Assembly: GCA_000320545.1 (NCBI GenBank) | Contig: ADNK01003243.1 | Span: forward strand, 3,723-67,722 | Length of the DNA stretch: 64,000 nucleotides | Reading direction: 5' to 3' | Source: Bigelowiella natans CCMP2755 | Lineage: Eukaryota > Protista > Cercozoa | Part shown: piece by piece, positions 45,360 to 59,585 of the stretch | How the letters are laid out: each line of letters starts with the position of its first letter | Numbering within the stretch: position 1 is the first letter of the stretch | Notes under the pieces: model-generated | The model's database searches: none | What the model saw: only the letters and a program-made list of their open reading frames with translations | What the model was told of the DNA's origin: nothing | Program-made: the position numbers and the translations under genes

Positions 45360-45492
45360 TCTGCTTCTGCTGCTGGTGGTGATAAGGTGTGGTGTTGTTT
45401 TCTAGATGTGCTCTTCCACCTTCTTCGTCAACAACATCATCTTCCTTTTCGATGCGACGTACAGGAGTAGACAAAGAGGATTATGACTTCTG
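45359..45492 (-). repeat. Inverted, diverged copy of FEN1 internal segment 42945-43079
   Basis: The reverse complement aligns over ~134 bp with 42945-43079. Translations: EKEDDVVDEEGGRAHLENNTTPYHHQQQKQ versus EKEDNIFDEGGGRVHLENNTATYHHDQQKQ. Confidence 0.9.
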
Positions 45493-46102
45493 CTAGGTCA
45501 GCTGCCTACGTACTTGTAGGGCGCGATGCAGACCGTAGGGGCGCAAGGCGCGGCACCCGTGCCACGCATGCACAAAATAAAGAGGTTATTGTCTACATTT
45601 GCATGTGTGCCCTAGTCATGCGGCATGAGTGTGCTTCATGCACATGCGAAAGCATCCATATATCCATGTCGTGTCGTCATGCAATAATGCCACGCAGCAA
45701 GCAGTGTATAAGTGCGTGCGTGCACTAGTGCGATCGGATCATTGTAGCGTGATGTAATTGTAATGATTGTACGCTGTATGTATGTATGTAGCCGCTTAAC
45801 CGCGAGCACAAATAGCTGCATTAGAGCTACCATTGGCGCAGCTTTTATTCGCACATCGCCAGATCGCCATCGATCGTGATGTACAGGTTCATGGGTGTAG
45901 TAATTATCCTAAATGTGTGTGTGTGTAGTGTGTAGTGTGTAGCGAGTGTGTGTGTGTGTGGCAAACAAAATTCAACATGTGTTTAAACAAGTAACGACCA
46001 AATACGTACATTGCAACGCGTGTCGCTGCTCAGAATACATTTTGTTTCGCTGTATTTCATTATGCAAGCATATGCTTCTGGGATAAGATATCCTGTCATA
46101 AT

Positions 46103-49100
46103 TTAACGAAGCATGTTCGAAACAGCATTAAGAGCTTTTTGCGCTAAAGCTAGATCCTGAGATTTTGCTGCCCCGACCATCTTTACACCATTCACTGTAA
46201 GTTCGATGAGGACTGGAGACCCATTGAATTTCAATGAAAAATATAAATGTGTATTTCCATTTGATGGTCTAGAGGCTACGAAGAAAACATTCGTAGAGCG
46301 GAGGGTAGCTTTGATTCCTTCAGGGTCGCTGATGCTTATTGCTGGGAGTTTAACCTCTGCTTCCTGTGCGGGTAGATTCTTCCACATACTGAGATATCCT
46401 GATTGATTAAGCTGTCCATCTTCGCCGAATAGAGTTTCATATCCCAGATTCGCCGCAAAGTATAGAACCCCAACTTTAGTTTTAAGAGCAATTTGAATCA
46501 CCCCTTCTGCCATATCTTTATTCGCTGCCTCAGGTTTCAACAACATTTTATGCGATGCTCCTCCTATGCCACCAGGCGAAATGGGTGACACTTGTACTCT
46601 TGCGCTTGCTGGTGAAAGTCCGACAAAGTTTTTGTTAACTTTTATTGCAAATTGGTCCAGGATAACACTGCTTGAGTTTTGAAACCGCATCTCCAGGTAT
46701 ATATCGCCATTCTTACGAGAAAATCCAGCTTTGATAGCTAATCCTTTACCTTTTTGTGCATTTAATACAAGAGGAAGAGAAGCTTTCGCAGTCGCAGCAG
46801 AAGTAGCGGAAGTGTTAACAACCGCAGGAACAGTAGCCGCGGACGCACCACTATCATTGTCCCCCATCAGGTCCAAAATGTTTATTGTTGCGGCTGCAGG
46901 CTGAGGTGTTGAGACAGGCGTCGAAACTGCTGCTGCTCTGTTTGCCTTTATCTTAGATTTTCTTTCTTTCACCTCTTCTTCTTCCTCCTCTTCCTCATCC
47001 TCATCTTCGTCTTCATCCTCGTCCTCGTCCTCATCTTCATCCTCATCCGAATCATCGTCAGCCACATCACGCCTCGAGTGGCCTTTTAACTCGAAACTTT
47101 GTTTCCCATCCTTGATGAAGAGCTCCGGAGGCTTGTGGTAAACTGATGCTAATGTTGCCAAATTCGAAATAAGGACCTTCAATACTGAAGGATCAATTTT
47201 GCCGGTATCATCTGCCATCTTCGGTTTTTCTGATAGAATCACCTTCTGAGCAACCTTTGCATCAGTAGCAAGCATACGCCAGTAAACGTAAGCTCTGTCT
47301 CTAAGGTCGGGATTTCCGATTACACTAGATGCTCTCTTTAAGAGGCCTTGTACCATGTCCTTACCATCATCGGGGCGTTTCAAGAAGAGTTTGACGGTTG
47401 AGGTTAGGAGAGACAATTGACAATCTGGGTCCATATCCTCAAATCTGTCAATACATCCTTCTATGTACTCAGGAGCATCTTCAATAATTGTCGCATACTC
47501 CCCTAGGATCCATATCATTGCTGCTAGTGGTTTTTCCTCATCGTATCCTTCCACTCCATGCTTGCAGACAATATCAACCACTTTTTCGAATCTATTAGGG
47601 TACTTCCGAAGGATATCTGCCATTACTGAGACCGAGTTTTGCGCTACATAGCCCACAATCCTATCTTTCCCATCCCCTTCACCTCCTGGGTTTGCCTTGA
47701 CAAAGTCCAGCAGAACCCTCATACATTTCCTTGCTGCCCCGTCTAATTTGACGGCCACGCGTCCAATTGTCGCTATGGACTTTCGAACAAAAGTCTCATC
47801 CACCTCGTTACCGTACGCCCTGAGTTCCATCAAGATCTTCTCATAGTTTTCATTATTTGCGATCCGTGCCATAATTTCCAACTTTTCCAATTTGACATAG
47901 AGTGGATCGTTATATTTTACGAAGAAGTGACGGACATGCTTGTCAAGAAGATGTCTCTCTTTCTGCAGAATGAGGTTTATGTTGCGCAGTGCAATGTACT
48001 GCAACTCAGGTTTGTCCCCTGAAAGGATCGTGATCAGAGGATTAGGAATTTTCTCTCGTAGAACATAAGTACGCATGCTGTTGTTCTCGACAACGTCAAG
48101 GTATTTTATGATAACTTTAACAGCTGAAAGGGCAACTGCAGAATTGGCGTGAATTAATCTGGGAACTACTCGCTCAATTACAGTTTCTGCCTGTTTTGCC
48201 GTAGGATTATATTTTGAAAGACAATCGAGGATGGAAACCTGACCCCATTCCGTGCATTCATTCATTGCAGCAAGAAGTTTATTCAGCATATCAGGAGTAA
48301 TTTTAAACACGTCCTTCGATGTAGATTCAGCAATTTCGGCTAGAGCAGCAACAGCATTGGCCACTACCATTGCGTTATGATCAGAGATGAGGGAACGAAG
48401 AGTTTTCAAAAACCCGTGCTCCTCCACAGCATCAGGGGAGATATCATACAGTTTGGCCACGCAAACTGCCGCAGTTTTTCGCACATAAGGATCTGAGTCC
48501 TTTAATCCCTCGCTGAGGGAAGTACAGAAATAGTCTACTACATTTGGTAGTCGAATGCATCCAATGGTGCGAATAACAAGAGCCCTGATGAGGGGACTTC
48601 GATGTTTGGCATCCTTAGTGAAGCTGTTCACAGAAAGGAGAACCTACAAAACATGTACTCTGTAAATACATTGTACTGACTATTAAGTTCTGATATGAGG
48701 ATTGGTGTTGATTTTCAAGATTACAGGTTTTATCGCGTTTGTCTTACCGTCTTGGGATTATTTCGGGCGTACGTAATGATGTAAAGGTAAACCTAAGGTA
48801 GGAAAAAGTCCTTCATAACTATGCATTGATTGTTACGTCATCAATGGCACTTACCAGCTTCTTGAGCTCAACATCTTGAGTCATCATGCGTTTTAAAACA
48901 TCTGGAAAAAGAGAAGATACGTCTTTTCCAACCGTCATGGAAGCGATGACTTTCTTCACAGCATCCTTGGCTACACTGTCCTTCATCGAGTTCAGCTCGG
49001 ATTTGAGCTCAGCGATTTCCCCCTTCTTTGTTGTACTGAAGTAGCGGCTGTCATTTCCAGGTCCCTTCTTCTCCTTTTTGACCTTCTTGCTACGTTTCCC

Positions 49101-49124
49101 TCTTTTAGAGGAGGAGGAAGACAT
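46103..49124 (-). CDS. AP-1/AP-2 complex beta subunit (beta-adaptin), 3 exons
   Basis: [84 protein letters not shown] and [10 protein letters not shown], followed by an acidic hinge, an ILDL clathrin-box-like motif and an appendage domain. Confidence 0.96.
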
Positions 49125-50279
49125 TTTTGGAAGAATCTACAGAGAGTTCCTGGCTCGAGGGGGGAAGATGCTTCGTGAAAATCGAGGAGCGAATTTTGGT
49201 TCAGTATCTTATGAATAACTTGGATTCCTATTCTCATATGAAATATCCTTAAACAATGAACTGCGACCTGCCAAAAATTCCATTATGACTTAATATTCAC
49301 AAACCCATGCGACCGAAGAAATGTGTTTCTAGTTCTGCTGATCTGGAATTCAACATCGGCCCACCTCATTCCTCTCTCAGTAAATCCGGCACTAACCCCA
49401 AGCTACCACGTGGTTTCTAATACAATTTTTAAATTCCCCTTCGAAGACGGGATTTAAAAGATTCACAGAAATCCCCGGGTCTCAATTTTCAGAGTTTATG
49501 GTACAAATTAGTTTCAACTATATATGTATTTTAGCGCTCAGATCAAGTTAGAATGATGTCGTTATTGTCAATTGTAATGTAAGTTTATTATTCGATCATT
49601 CACAAGTTATATTCGAAATCCAAATATTTTTCTGATTGCGCGAAAGTCTTGTATCTCCAAAAAAAATTATCGATTGATCCAGCAAGCGACGGACGTTCCA
49701 ATCGGCACTAGAATTAGCTGATGGAAATCCCCTCTTTTTCCTTCCTCGTTCGCCAAGAATATATTGTCGTAAAATGGGTATTAAAATTTGATGATTATCG
49801 CGAGTGAGTTCAGACACAGGATTCGAGGCTGAAAGTGGATTCATTGGGGAGGGCAGTGAGGAAGGATATGTAATCTTTTTTTACGACTTGAAAATAATGT
49901 TGACGTAGGACATTTTAACATTGCATACATGTCGTATTGATTAGTTTCATCATCATCATCGTTGCATGTGCGACAACTCAAGCTGGTAGCTCGTAATAGC
50001 CAGCACACGGATTGATTGACTGACGCACGCCACCCTAACGAAGCAATCGTAATAATTATGATTTCCCTCCCCAGATAATTCCCCTCCCCTACGATTATTG
50101 ATTCAATTCAACGATCTCGAAAATTTCATCCATTTTACAACGTGTGTATTTTCCTTGTCTTCACAATGTGCATGTAATGTCAGAAACGAACTAATGATTT
50201 TCTTCTGTTTGCCGTTATATTGCTTTCGATTTCAGTGGGTAGATCTTGTTGCAGTACAGAAAGGCTAGCAGAAGTTAAA
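49125..50279. promoter_or_regulatory. Putative bidirectional promoter region (beta-adaptin / NAK kinase)
   Basis: About 1.15 kb between divergent start codons; no specific element identified. Confidence 0.4.
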
Positions 50280-50981
50280 ATGACCTCTGTCCTTAGCTGG
50301 GTCAATAAACAGGTTGAAATATTACCCCACTGAGAGTTACACGGGTTGTGCAAGATTGTGAACACCTCTACCCCACGACCTGCGCCCCTCCAGAAATGTC
50401 CGAAATGTGTGGGTTTTAGAGAGGGGAGAAGAAAGGAGAAATTACGGGTACAGGCTTGACATGCTGTTCGAAATTAGGTTGCAAATGCACAAAGCGCGGT
50501 AAAACAAGCCGTTCAGCAGGTAAAAGTTGAACGTGTTATTTTTCTGGCGAACATAAACGCTACAAATTAATTATGTCATTTATTAAAGGAGGAAATACCC
50601 ATTAATGGCTCTCGCGTACGGATACTGAAAGAACTTGGGTCTGGTGGATATGCTTTCGTTTACTTGGTGAGCTAAGTCATAAATGCAATGAATAACAACG
50701 GATCGCTCTTTCGACTCGAGAATTTAAGAATACTACCATCTCCTGCCACGCAATTTTCATTCAATTCTCTATACTGTGCTTGATATGTTTTTTTGCTGTG
50801 ATTCATCCATAACAAAAATCATCGCAATTAGTAATTATTATTATTATTTGATGGTTCTCAGGTGGAGGATATTCACACTGGTAAGAAATATGCCCTGAAG
50901 AAAATGACGGCAGGAGATAGCGAAACTAAGCAAGTTGCGAAGATGGAGGTAGAAACTTATAATATATAAGTTATATATATA

Positions 50982-51061
<80 letters not shown>

Positions 51062-51821
51062 TATCGATGAATTGAACCAGTATGTGGATACCCAAAATTA
51101 CTCACAATCACACTAAATTAGATCAAAATTATGCGTTCCTACAAAAAAGCTCCCAATTTGGTCCGGGTAAGTTACTCAGAAACCAACACTATCATGTCTT
51201 GATTGTTGGTGTTCTGGGTGCGGGACACACACACACATATAACATACACATACATGACATATTTTTTATGTAATATACACATATGAGAGGGAGAGAGTGA
51301 GAGAGAATATAAAAAGTGCACGTACTCGTGAGAGTGAAGTTATTGACTTGAATTCTCTTTTCCATATCAACGTGGTATTATCACAGTATTACAACTCGTG
51401 CATGAAGCAAATACCAGGAAGGAGGATGACAGAGTACTACATCCTGATGGAGGTGATAATGATGGTCATGATAGTTGTTAGAATAAATGAATCAATGAAT
51501 CATAGAGTGCTCGCCTTAAGTGTTTCTCCTCCTCCCCGTGGCAGTGAGTGGGTAGTCACGTCACAAATGCTGGAATATTGACTCAACTACTGCACTCTCA
51601 GCTCTGTAGCCGTGGTGCTCTTTTGGACGAAATCACGGAGAGAATCGAACACGATCGTTATTACTCGGAAAGGCAAATTATCAGGATGTTTCGCCAGGTT
51701 CTTTGATTTACAATGATGAATGTAATATAAATATAGGTAGATTTTCCATTTTATCGCTATGTATCACTTTGTAAACCAGAATATCAAAATTTTCCCCTCC
51801 CCCCCCGCCCCACTCTCCCCG

Positions 51822-51854
<33 letters not shown>

Positions 51855-53692
51855 GACATGTGTTGCGGTCAAATGGTTTCACACCCGGAAACCCCCTATT
51901 CAACATCGGGACCTTAAAATTGAAAACTTGCTTGTAACTGCTGATGGCACTTTGAAGCTATGCGACTTCGGATCTTGCACGCAAATTTCTAAAAAGTGAG
52001 GAATATGTGTGTGTGTGTGTGTGTGTGTGTGTATAATTTTTCATTTTTCGAATATGTGCGAATTAATCTCAGAGTGCACAATGTATCATTAGTATCGTTG
52101 AGAGATAGGCTAGGAAATTAGGAGTGGACCAACAACGGCTATGACAAAATAATGGATATAGTGATAATGGTGATGATAATTATCGACTCCTCATGGTATC
52201 GTGATTTCTTTGTTGGCAGATATACAACACGATCTGAAATTCTTCAAGAGGAAGAGAGAATTCAAAAATACACCACTAATTGCTACATGGCTCCTGAAAT
52301 GGCAGATTTATATAAGCACGAGGTAGTATGCACAGCATCGTTATACACTCTCTATCTCCTCCTCCTCCTCCTCCTCCTCCTCCTGCTGCTGCTGCTGCTA
52401 TATCGAACGATGTAATATTCAACAATCGATGATTCATCATAGGTTATCTCCGAGAAAGTAGATATCTGGGCTCTTGGTTGTATTTTATTTGTAATGGCGT
52501 TCTTTGAACATCCATTCCAAGAGAAAGTAAGATTGTCTCGTCATTGCACCACTAAAGCAGTAGTAGCAACATTAGCGTGGCGTTATAAATTGATGATAAG
52601 TTGTAAACTCATCGCAGTTTTCACCAATCGTTAGTTTAGTAATATATGCAGTGCGTTATCAATCTTCTCTTTCTTTTTCGCATCGTCACAAATAATAATA
52701 ACAATAATAATAAAAATAATAATAATAATAAGTAATTACTGTCATCATCAATATTCGTCGTCCGTTGTCGATCGATTAGCAACTATCAACTCCTTGTTCT
52801 GACAAAAACAAGGAGTTGTTTGTATCATCATCATCACCATCATCATGCATTCATAATAGGGGACCCTGGCTATAATGAATTGCGCATATACTATTCCATC
52901 AAAGCATAAATACTCAACTGTCCTCCTAGACATGATCAAGGTAGAAAGATAGAGAAAAGCAGAGTGCAATAATTCGTAGCGAGAATTAGTGGTGAATCAC
53001 CTTCTTATTAATGTAAATAATCTGCAGACGAGGAATGTAATTTACAATAGATGTACAACAGTTTCGTGCAGTCGTCGCCGTTGTCGTCGCTAACTCTGTA
53101 GATACTACGTTGTGATCTTTGTTATTGGTGTTGCTACTACTACTACTACTACTACTACTACTGCTGCTGCTGCTGGTGGTGCTGGTGGTGCTGGTGGTGG
53201 TACTCCGGCTGTCCTCCTTTCCTTCCTTTCTGCTGTGATTTTTAGAATCTTTTGACTGCAAAGCCAAAGAGACGACCTGATATTCATAAGGTGGTGGTGC
53301 TGTTGTTTTTGCTGATGAGGCGATGATGACTTCAAAATACAATGAGAGTGTTTCTGTCAGTCAAATTCTAGAAGTCCTGCTAGTTGTAATTATTGTTATA
53401 GAATCGACTGTAAAAGGTGGAGGAGCAGTGATTCCTGAACTGATGTTATCTTGTCCCTGAACAACTGCTTACTGCTGAACAAATGTTATCTTGTCCCTGA
53501 ACAACTACTTACTGATGCTGCTGCACAAACCATCAATACGCCACGACCATAAGTTTTTTATTCATTTCCTCTTGAATTTATCTTCGTTGTTTAGTGTTTG
53601 GATATGGTTGATGCTTGGGAACGGTTTCTTGATACTGGTAAGAAACCAGACTTCAAATCGCTGGGGAGAAAACAGCAGCACCCTGGTTGTAT

Positions 53693-53723
<31 letters not shown>

Positions 53724-54250
53724 TTTTGGATTATGAGCTCGGAAATCTTTCTCATCGTTGCAAAAAGTTATCATTGTCATTTTTACACGACATACTATAA
53801 AAATATAAAGTTTCTGGTTCTGAAGAGAGCGATGAGGATTCGGAAGACATAGAGGAGCGAAAGGTTGTGATATTTGTCGTAGTAGTACGTTTGAGTGATT
53901 ATACGGAGAGTATGATGATGATGATGATCATTGATACTGCGCCCCTGTATACTTACCTTTGAACTCTAGATAAGCTACCAAACCTTCTCCTGAAGAAGTA
54001 GCTGCTAATCCTGATAAATTTGATTAATGATAAAATCAATTGCGATTTACTTTCATCAAATTCCATACTTTTTATCTTTACATTGATATTACTTAGAAGA
54101 GGAAGGCCGCCAAGAAGCATAAGAAGAAAATGGAGAAGAAAAAGAAAAGGGTACGGAAGATTACAACGACCTCTCCACCTATTGTTCTTTCCTCATTTCC
54201 TTCCCCCTATGGTTTCCTTGTCCCCTCTCCTATCTCCTCCTCACCTGCAT

Positions 54251-54301
<51 letters not shown>

Positions 54302-54865
54302 TGCCTCCTCAAAACACAGCAGCAGCAGCAGCAGCAGCCCACGCACGCACAATGCCATGTAGTACCATATGAAGCTCCTCTACGTTTTCTCCGAACAACA
54401 CTTTATTTTTTATGTTCCTTCACACTGTGATGGCAATGCTGTCCCGCGAAGGAGATGGAGAAGAAAGCTAAAGAATCTCAACGAAGGTTGTAGTGCATAG
54501 TAGTGGTAGAAAGAAAGAAAGAAGAAGAAGAAGAAGATGATGATATCGTTTGGAAGAATGCACTAATTTTAAGTAAACATAAGAAGAAAGAGGAGGGATT
54601 CACTTTCCATTTTAGATGGATGAAAGAGAGAGGAAGAAAGATGGCTAAATTGTGAAAGGAGGAGTAGGAGGAGGAGGAGGAGGAGGAGGAGGAGGAGGAG
54701 GAGGAGAAGGGAGAGGAGGAGGGGACGAAGATCCAGTAGTAGTAGCAGCAGCAGCAACAACTATAGCAGTAGCGCATAACAGTGCGAGCACCCCCCCCCC
54801 GACTCCTTTGTTCCTCATTCCTTCCTCTCCCTCCACTTTCGCTATCTTTAATCGCCACACCGGTG

Positions 54866-54905
<40 letters not shown>

Positions 54906-55048
54906 CACCCATCCCCAATACCGTTAACATTATTCTTAGAGCTATGGAGGCGGCTGCTCGGCGCCAAGCACGACGAAAATTAAGGCAACAAGGAGGGGGG
55001 AGAGGACCTGCTGCTCCTGCTGAAGATGACTTCGATGTCCGTCTACAC

Positions 55049-55092
<44 letters not shown>

Positions 55093-55407
55093 TCGCAGCA
55101 GCAGCATTAACAGCAATGACCATCTACACCTTGCATCGTCATCATCATCATCATCATCATCATCATTATCAGCTTCGTCATCATCACAGGTTGATTGGTC
55201 AAAGCAAGGAGGCGGTTTCAATTGTGGTGGTGGATCAGCAGGAGTAGCTGCAAGTAATGCCGCTGATGAAGCTGCTGCTGAGGTAGTAGTAGTTGTAATA
55301 ATTTCATGGCTGCTACTACTCGATAGTATGAGTAACATGAGTAATAACCTTTATAATAACCTTTATATATCCTACTACCCTCCATCTACTCATCAACCAT
55401 CTCACGA

Positions 55408-55439
<32 letters not shown>

Positions 55440-56274
55440 ATTGTTACAAATAGTTTGACGTAGACTGGGACAATGGGCTAAATGAAACCCAGCAGCAGCA
55501 AGGAAGGGAGGGAGAAGGAAGCTCTTCCTCGTCCAAGTTAAGCTGGTAGTAACAGCAGAAATACTGACATTATATAAACAAATACTCCACATCATTGTAT
55601 GTACATACGTACTACTACTACAAAACACGAAAAGGATACACAAGGGGAAACGGAGGAATAATTCTCATTCTTTTCATGCTTCATGATGATGTTGATGACA
55701 TAATGAAGAAAATCAATATGAATTTCGTATTACTGTTTGCTTCATTTGAAAGCGTTGTTCCCGTCATTATTTTGCTGTGTTTCACTATAAAGCACATGCA
55801 TACAGTTATTACATCATCATGATAACATTGTGGTGTTGTTGTTGTTGTTGTTGTTAGGGACCCATTTGCAGCTGATAATACTAATAAAAATGCGCCCGGC
55901 GGCGACATCTTTTCTGTTCTTGAAAGTAGTAGTGGCAATGATCCTAACAAGATCAAACCTACCTTGAGCCGTGCTCTATCTGGGGGAGGAGGAGGAGGAG
56001 GAAGGGCGGGAAATTTTGATGAAAAACAGCAACAGCAGCAGCAGCATTTTATGCCCCCTCAATCAGCCCAGCTTCATTATGTGGTAGTAGTAGCAGTAGT
56101 AGCAGTAGTGTATTCGTCCAATTTTTAAGCATAGTAGTAGTAATGAGATAGTAGTAGTAATATGATTTGGGAGGAGGAGGTAAAGGCGGATGGCAAGGCT
56201 ATGGTAGTTGTAATTTCTGGCACATTATCATATGCCTTGCGCACCATCACCACAACAACTACTAGTAGTAGTAA

Positions 56275-56306
<32 letters not shown>

Positions 56307-57179
56307 ACCACTTCTAAGTCTACAATGTATTATTACGTCTCTGTCTTTGTCTGTCTATCTCTCCAGCAGCAACGACAAATTAGTGGCCAATCGCCTCAAA
56401 TGAGTCCTAATGGAATGATAATGCCACAGCAGCAGCAGCAGCAGCAGCAGCAGCAATGGGGAGGTACTATAGTTCAGCTGCTAATATCACTCTACCAATA
56501 TCATCCAACACATAAAGAGGACAACATTAAGAGCTACCACACAACATTTTGCATACTGTTTGTCTTACAAAATGAAGGGAGGTGATAAGGCCATCACTCT
56601 CTGTCTCATGTTGCGATATAGTGCTACTACTAGTACACTAATAATAATAATAATAATAATAATAATAGTAATAGATGATGATGACAATTAAACACTCACG
56701 ACGATCACCATCACCACGATATACAATTGAATAATTCTTCCTGTTAATGGATGCATTACAAGAGGAAGAAGAAAATACTCATGATAATACATTATATGAT
56801 GGTGCAGGTGGTGGTCTCAATCATGCCTACATGATGCAGCAACAACAACAGTAAGCAGACCCACCCTCCTTATGATTATTATAAGTATTCAATAGCCTGA
56901 TATAGAGAGAGAGATAACTACAATTATATTCTATCATGAGTTATAATGAAGATTTTGCTATTTCTTTGTATCATCAATGTCGTCTACAAATGTGCTCCTT
57001 TTCTTTTTGATTGTTTGTCGCCACAAGGTATTACCATCAGCAGCAGCAGCAGCAAATGTACAACATGCAGCAGCAACAGTATCAGCAGCAGCTTAGTTCC
57101 CCTCCAGCACCGCAACGGCAAGGTTCCTCAAACAGCACTGTGGATTCATTTTTTGGGCCTGGAGGCGGTGTTAGTGCTG

Positions 57180-57212
<33 letters not shown>

Positions 57213-58016
57213 GTGGTGGTGGTGGTGGTGGTGGTGGACATGGCTCAAGCAGTGTCGATGCAGTATCGGTAACAACTAACTCCTCATCATATTAATGATA
57301 ATCTAATCATTTGCTGCTTGTGATTGACAAGAGTAGTAGAAGACACCATACTTAACCACTAAATTATGATATATTGTTACGTACCGATTAAATCCTCCTC
57401 GTCTGTAATTAATAAAGGATGATGAAAGAATAAGCATTGATAGGAATATGTGTTGTTTATTATAACTTTGTAACGAAGGAAGACTTGAGATTGTCAGCAG
57501 TACACCCATAACGACATTGATGATAAGTATTGCTGTGTTAGTATTCTCCATAATATGATGATGCTGCACATATGCATATGAGGATGCTTCGTAACCCATC
57601 TCGTAATACTGGTTATTATTAGGGCCTCACATCTGCTTTCTCTGGTGTTGGAATGGGATCGTCACAAGGTATTCCATCCCTCCTTCCTTTTTTTTCTACA
57701 GCTCAATAATAAAGCATTGTGTAATACTTAAATTGATGTAGAAATTATCATTGTATGAACCAGGAATAATATACTTATATATGTAACACATATGTATAAT
57801 ATGTCGATAATATCTTACACATCCTCCTACGTGTTTGTTCTCTTCTTAGTAAGGAATACTAGCAACGTTGCGTCGAACTCGACATTCGCAAGCGACCCAT
57901 TTGCAGGAGTTGGTTTCAATGACCATACTCCTAAAGAAAGACCGAAATCAGGGACCATAAAAGAGAAGAAGGAAAAAGACGTATTCGAATGCTTGGGGGA
58001 GTTCACCGGTTTTTAA
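50280..58016 (+). CDS. NAK-family Ser/Thr kinase (AAK1/BMP2K/GAK-like) with a long low-complexity endocytic tail
   Basis: Exons read LGSGGYAFVYL, YALKKM, PPIQHRDLKIENLL..LKLCDFGS, EEERIQKYTTNCYMAPEMADLY and ISEKVDIWALGCILFVMAFFEHPF; the activation segment is NAK-type. The tail has DPF motifs (~55860, ~57894) and polyQ, and ends DVFECLGEFTGF*. The start MTSVLSWVNKQ at 50280 is inferred by splicing. Confidence 0.9.
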
Positions 58017-58139
58017 GCACGGTGCACTGGAGTGTATCAAGACAGAAAAATACATTCTCGCTGTTTAAAGAGGTGGATTCGCACGCCACGAATGCACTTG
58101 TCCTGATCGAAGATGTTCATTCTCCATTGCCTCGTAAAA

Positions 58140-59425
58140 TGCGTGAAAATTGACACAGCCACGATTGATCGATTGCGTCCGCCACCTCGCGTCTGACAGA
58201 CGCACAGCATGCACTCATCCGCCTGCCATGCCAATCATGCGATGCACGACCGTCATGCACACGCACGCAGCTCCAGACGTGCTGGAGTGTGCACATCATT
58301 GGCACACATGCGGTTAGAGACTGAGTGCACACATGTCCGTGTGCACCAAGCACATGCATGCACATCCACTGCACATGCGTGTCTCTTGCTAGCTACGCTT
58401 GCTGAGCATGTTGTTGCACGCGGTCTAGATGGTCTTTGCAATGAGTGCGAGACGGATGTGCAATGAAGTGATCAAATCTTTTCAATGCACATGGACTACA
58501 AGTGCATGAATGGTCATCCCAATGCACCATGCAAAGCAGCGGCTGCAGCACTTGGCGGGTTGCATCCATTTGTCTCGCCCTTCCACCATGCCAGCAGCTT
58601 TTTCATGAATTCATTTGAACTGGTGAAATTGCGTTCGCTTGCACGCCAGCTGGACAGCTCAGAGCTGCGATGCAGCAGGTGATCTAGTGATGTGTGTGGT
58701 GCAATGTGTGTCGACTGCTGGACAGGTGTCTCTCATCGCACACCACCTCTGGTCATGTCTGCGTGAGAACGTGCACTGGACCATCATGCACTCGCGGCGC
58801 TGCGGTGCGTCTGCCAGTCTGCACGCAGGAGCATGCATCTCTGCTGCGCAGCGCCATGCTGTTCATCATGCTAGCATGCTAGCCAGCATGGCTCTGGGGC
58901 TGGCTAGCTGGTCAAAACTTGCTAGCCTGGTCCAAATTTTGCTTGCCTGGTTGTCAGTGTCTTGCTCGCTGTCTGCGATCTTGCAGTGTGCGCGCCCACG
59001 CTCGCTGGCAAGTGGCGGAACTTTGGCCAAAGCTGGAAAGCGCCCCACACATGCACCTTCCAGCCTTCTCAAAAGCCATCGATCGGCAATGCAATTTTTT
59101 CCGTCAGGAACTCACCAAAATGGTGCGGCACCTGACTTGGTGTGACCAGTTTTCAGCTGCACGCGGTGGGTGTGGCTAGCTCGTGCTGTTGGAACACTGG
59201 GTGCACCTCTGCTAGCTCTGTCTGGCAACAACAAACGAAAGAAGCAGGCACATGACTTGCAAGAGTTGAAATGTGAGATCTCAGCGCTGGTTTGGTTTGA
59301 GAAGCTTGACCTCCGCTCCAGCTCTTGTTCCTGGGAGAGGGCTGTGAGTGGCGCCTGGCGTGCTCCACGAACAAGTGAACGAAGTGATTCCAGTGGTGGG
59401 ACTTTGATGATGACACTTTGGTTGA
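58140..59425. other. TpA-depleted island B
   Basis: Manual count of 12 TA in ~1.29 kb (9 CTAG, 2 CTAC, 1 TTAG). The sequence is TG/CA-rich and gives His/Cys-rich spurious ORFs. Confidence 0.85.
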
Positions 59426-59585
59426 GTCTAAAGCAAAAAATGATTTTTTATGCACCAAAAACATCTAATAAATTAGAAAACAATGATGCACGTGGAGACA
59501 ATCAAGTTGTCCTCATCAGATCACATGATTCATTGTCGTTTGTCCTTTTCATAGTCATCCTGTCGACTTAGAAATGGCTGACTGA

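Noticed and set aside
53443-53515. Two ~40-bp tandem copies in a NAK intron
   Set aside because: Simple local duplication with no spacers; not CRISPR-like.
54478-55411. Long low-complexity ORFs on both strands
   Set aside because: Produced by trinucleotide/dinucleotide microsatellites in NAK introns; only small parts are exonic.
58037-59571. Overlapping His/Cys-rich ORFs in all frames (also 29664-30834 and 62381-63368), superficially like zinc fingers
   Set aside because: Artefact of TpA loss: TAA stops and most Tyr codons are absent, and TG/CA are in excess.
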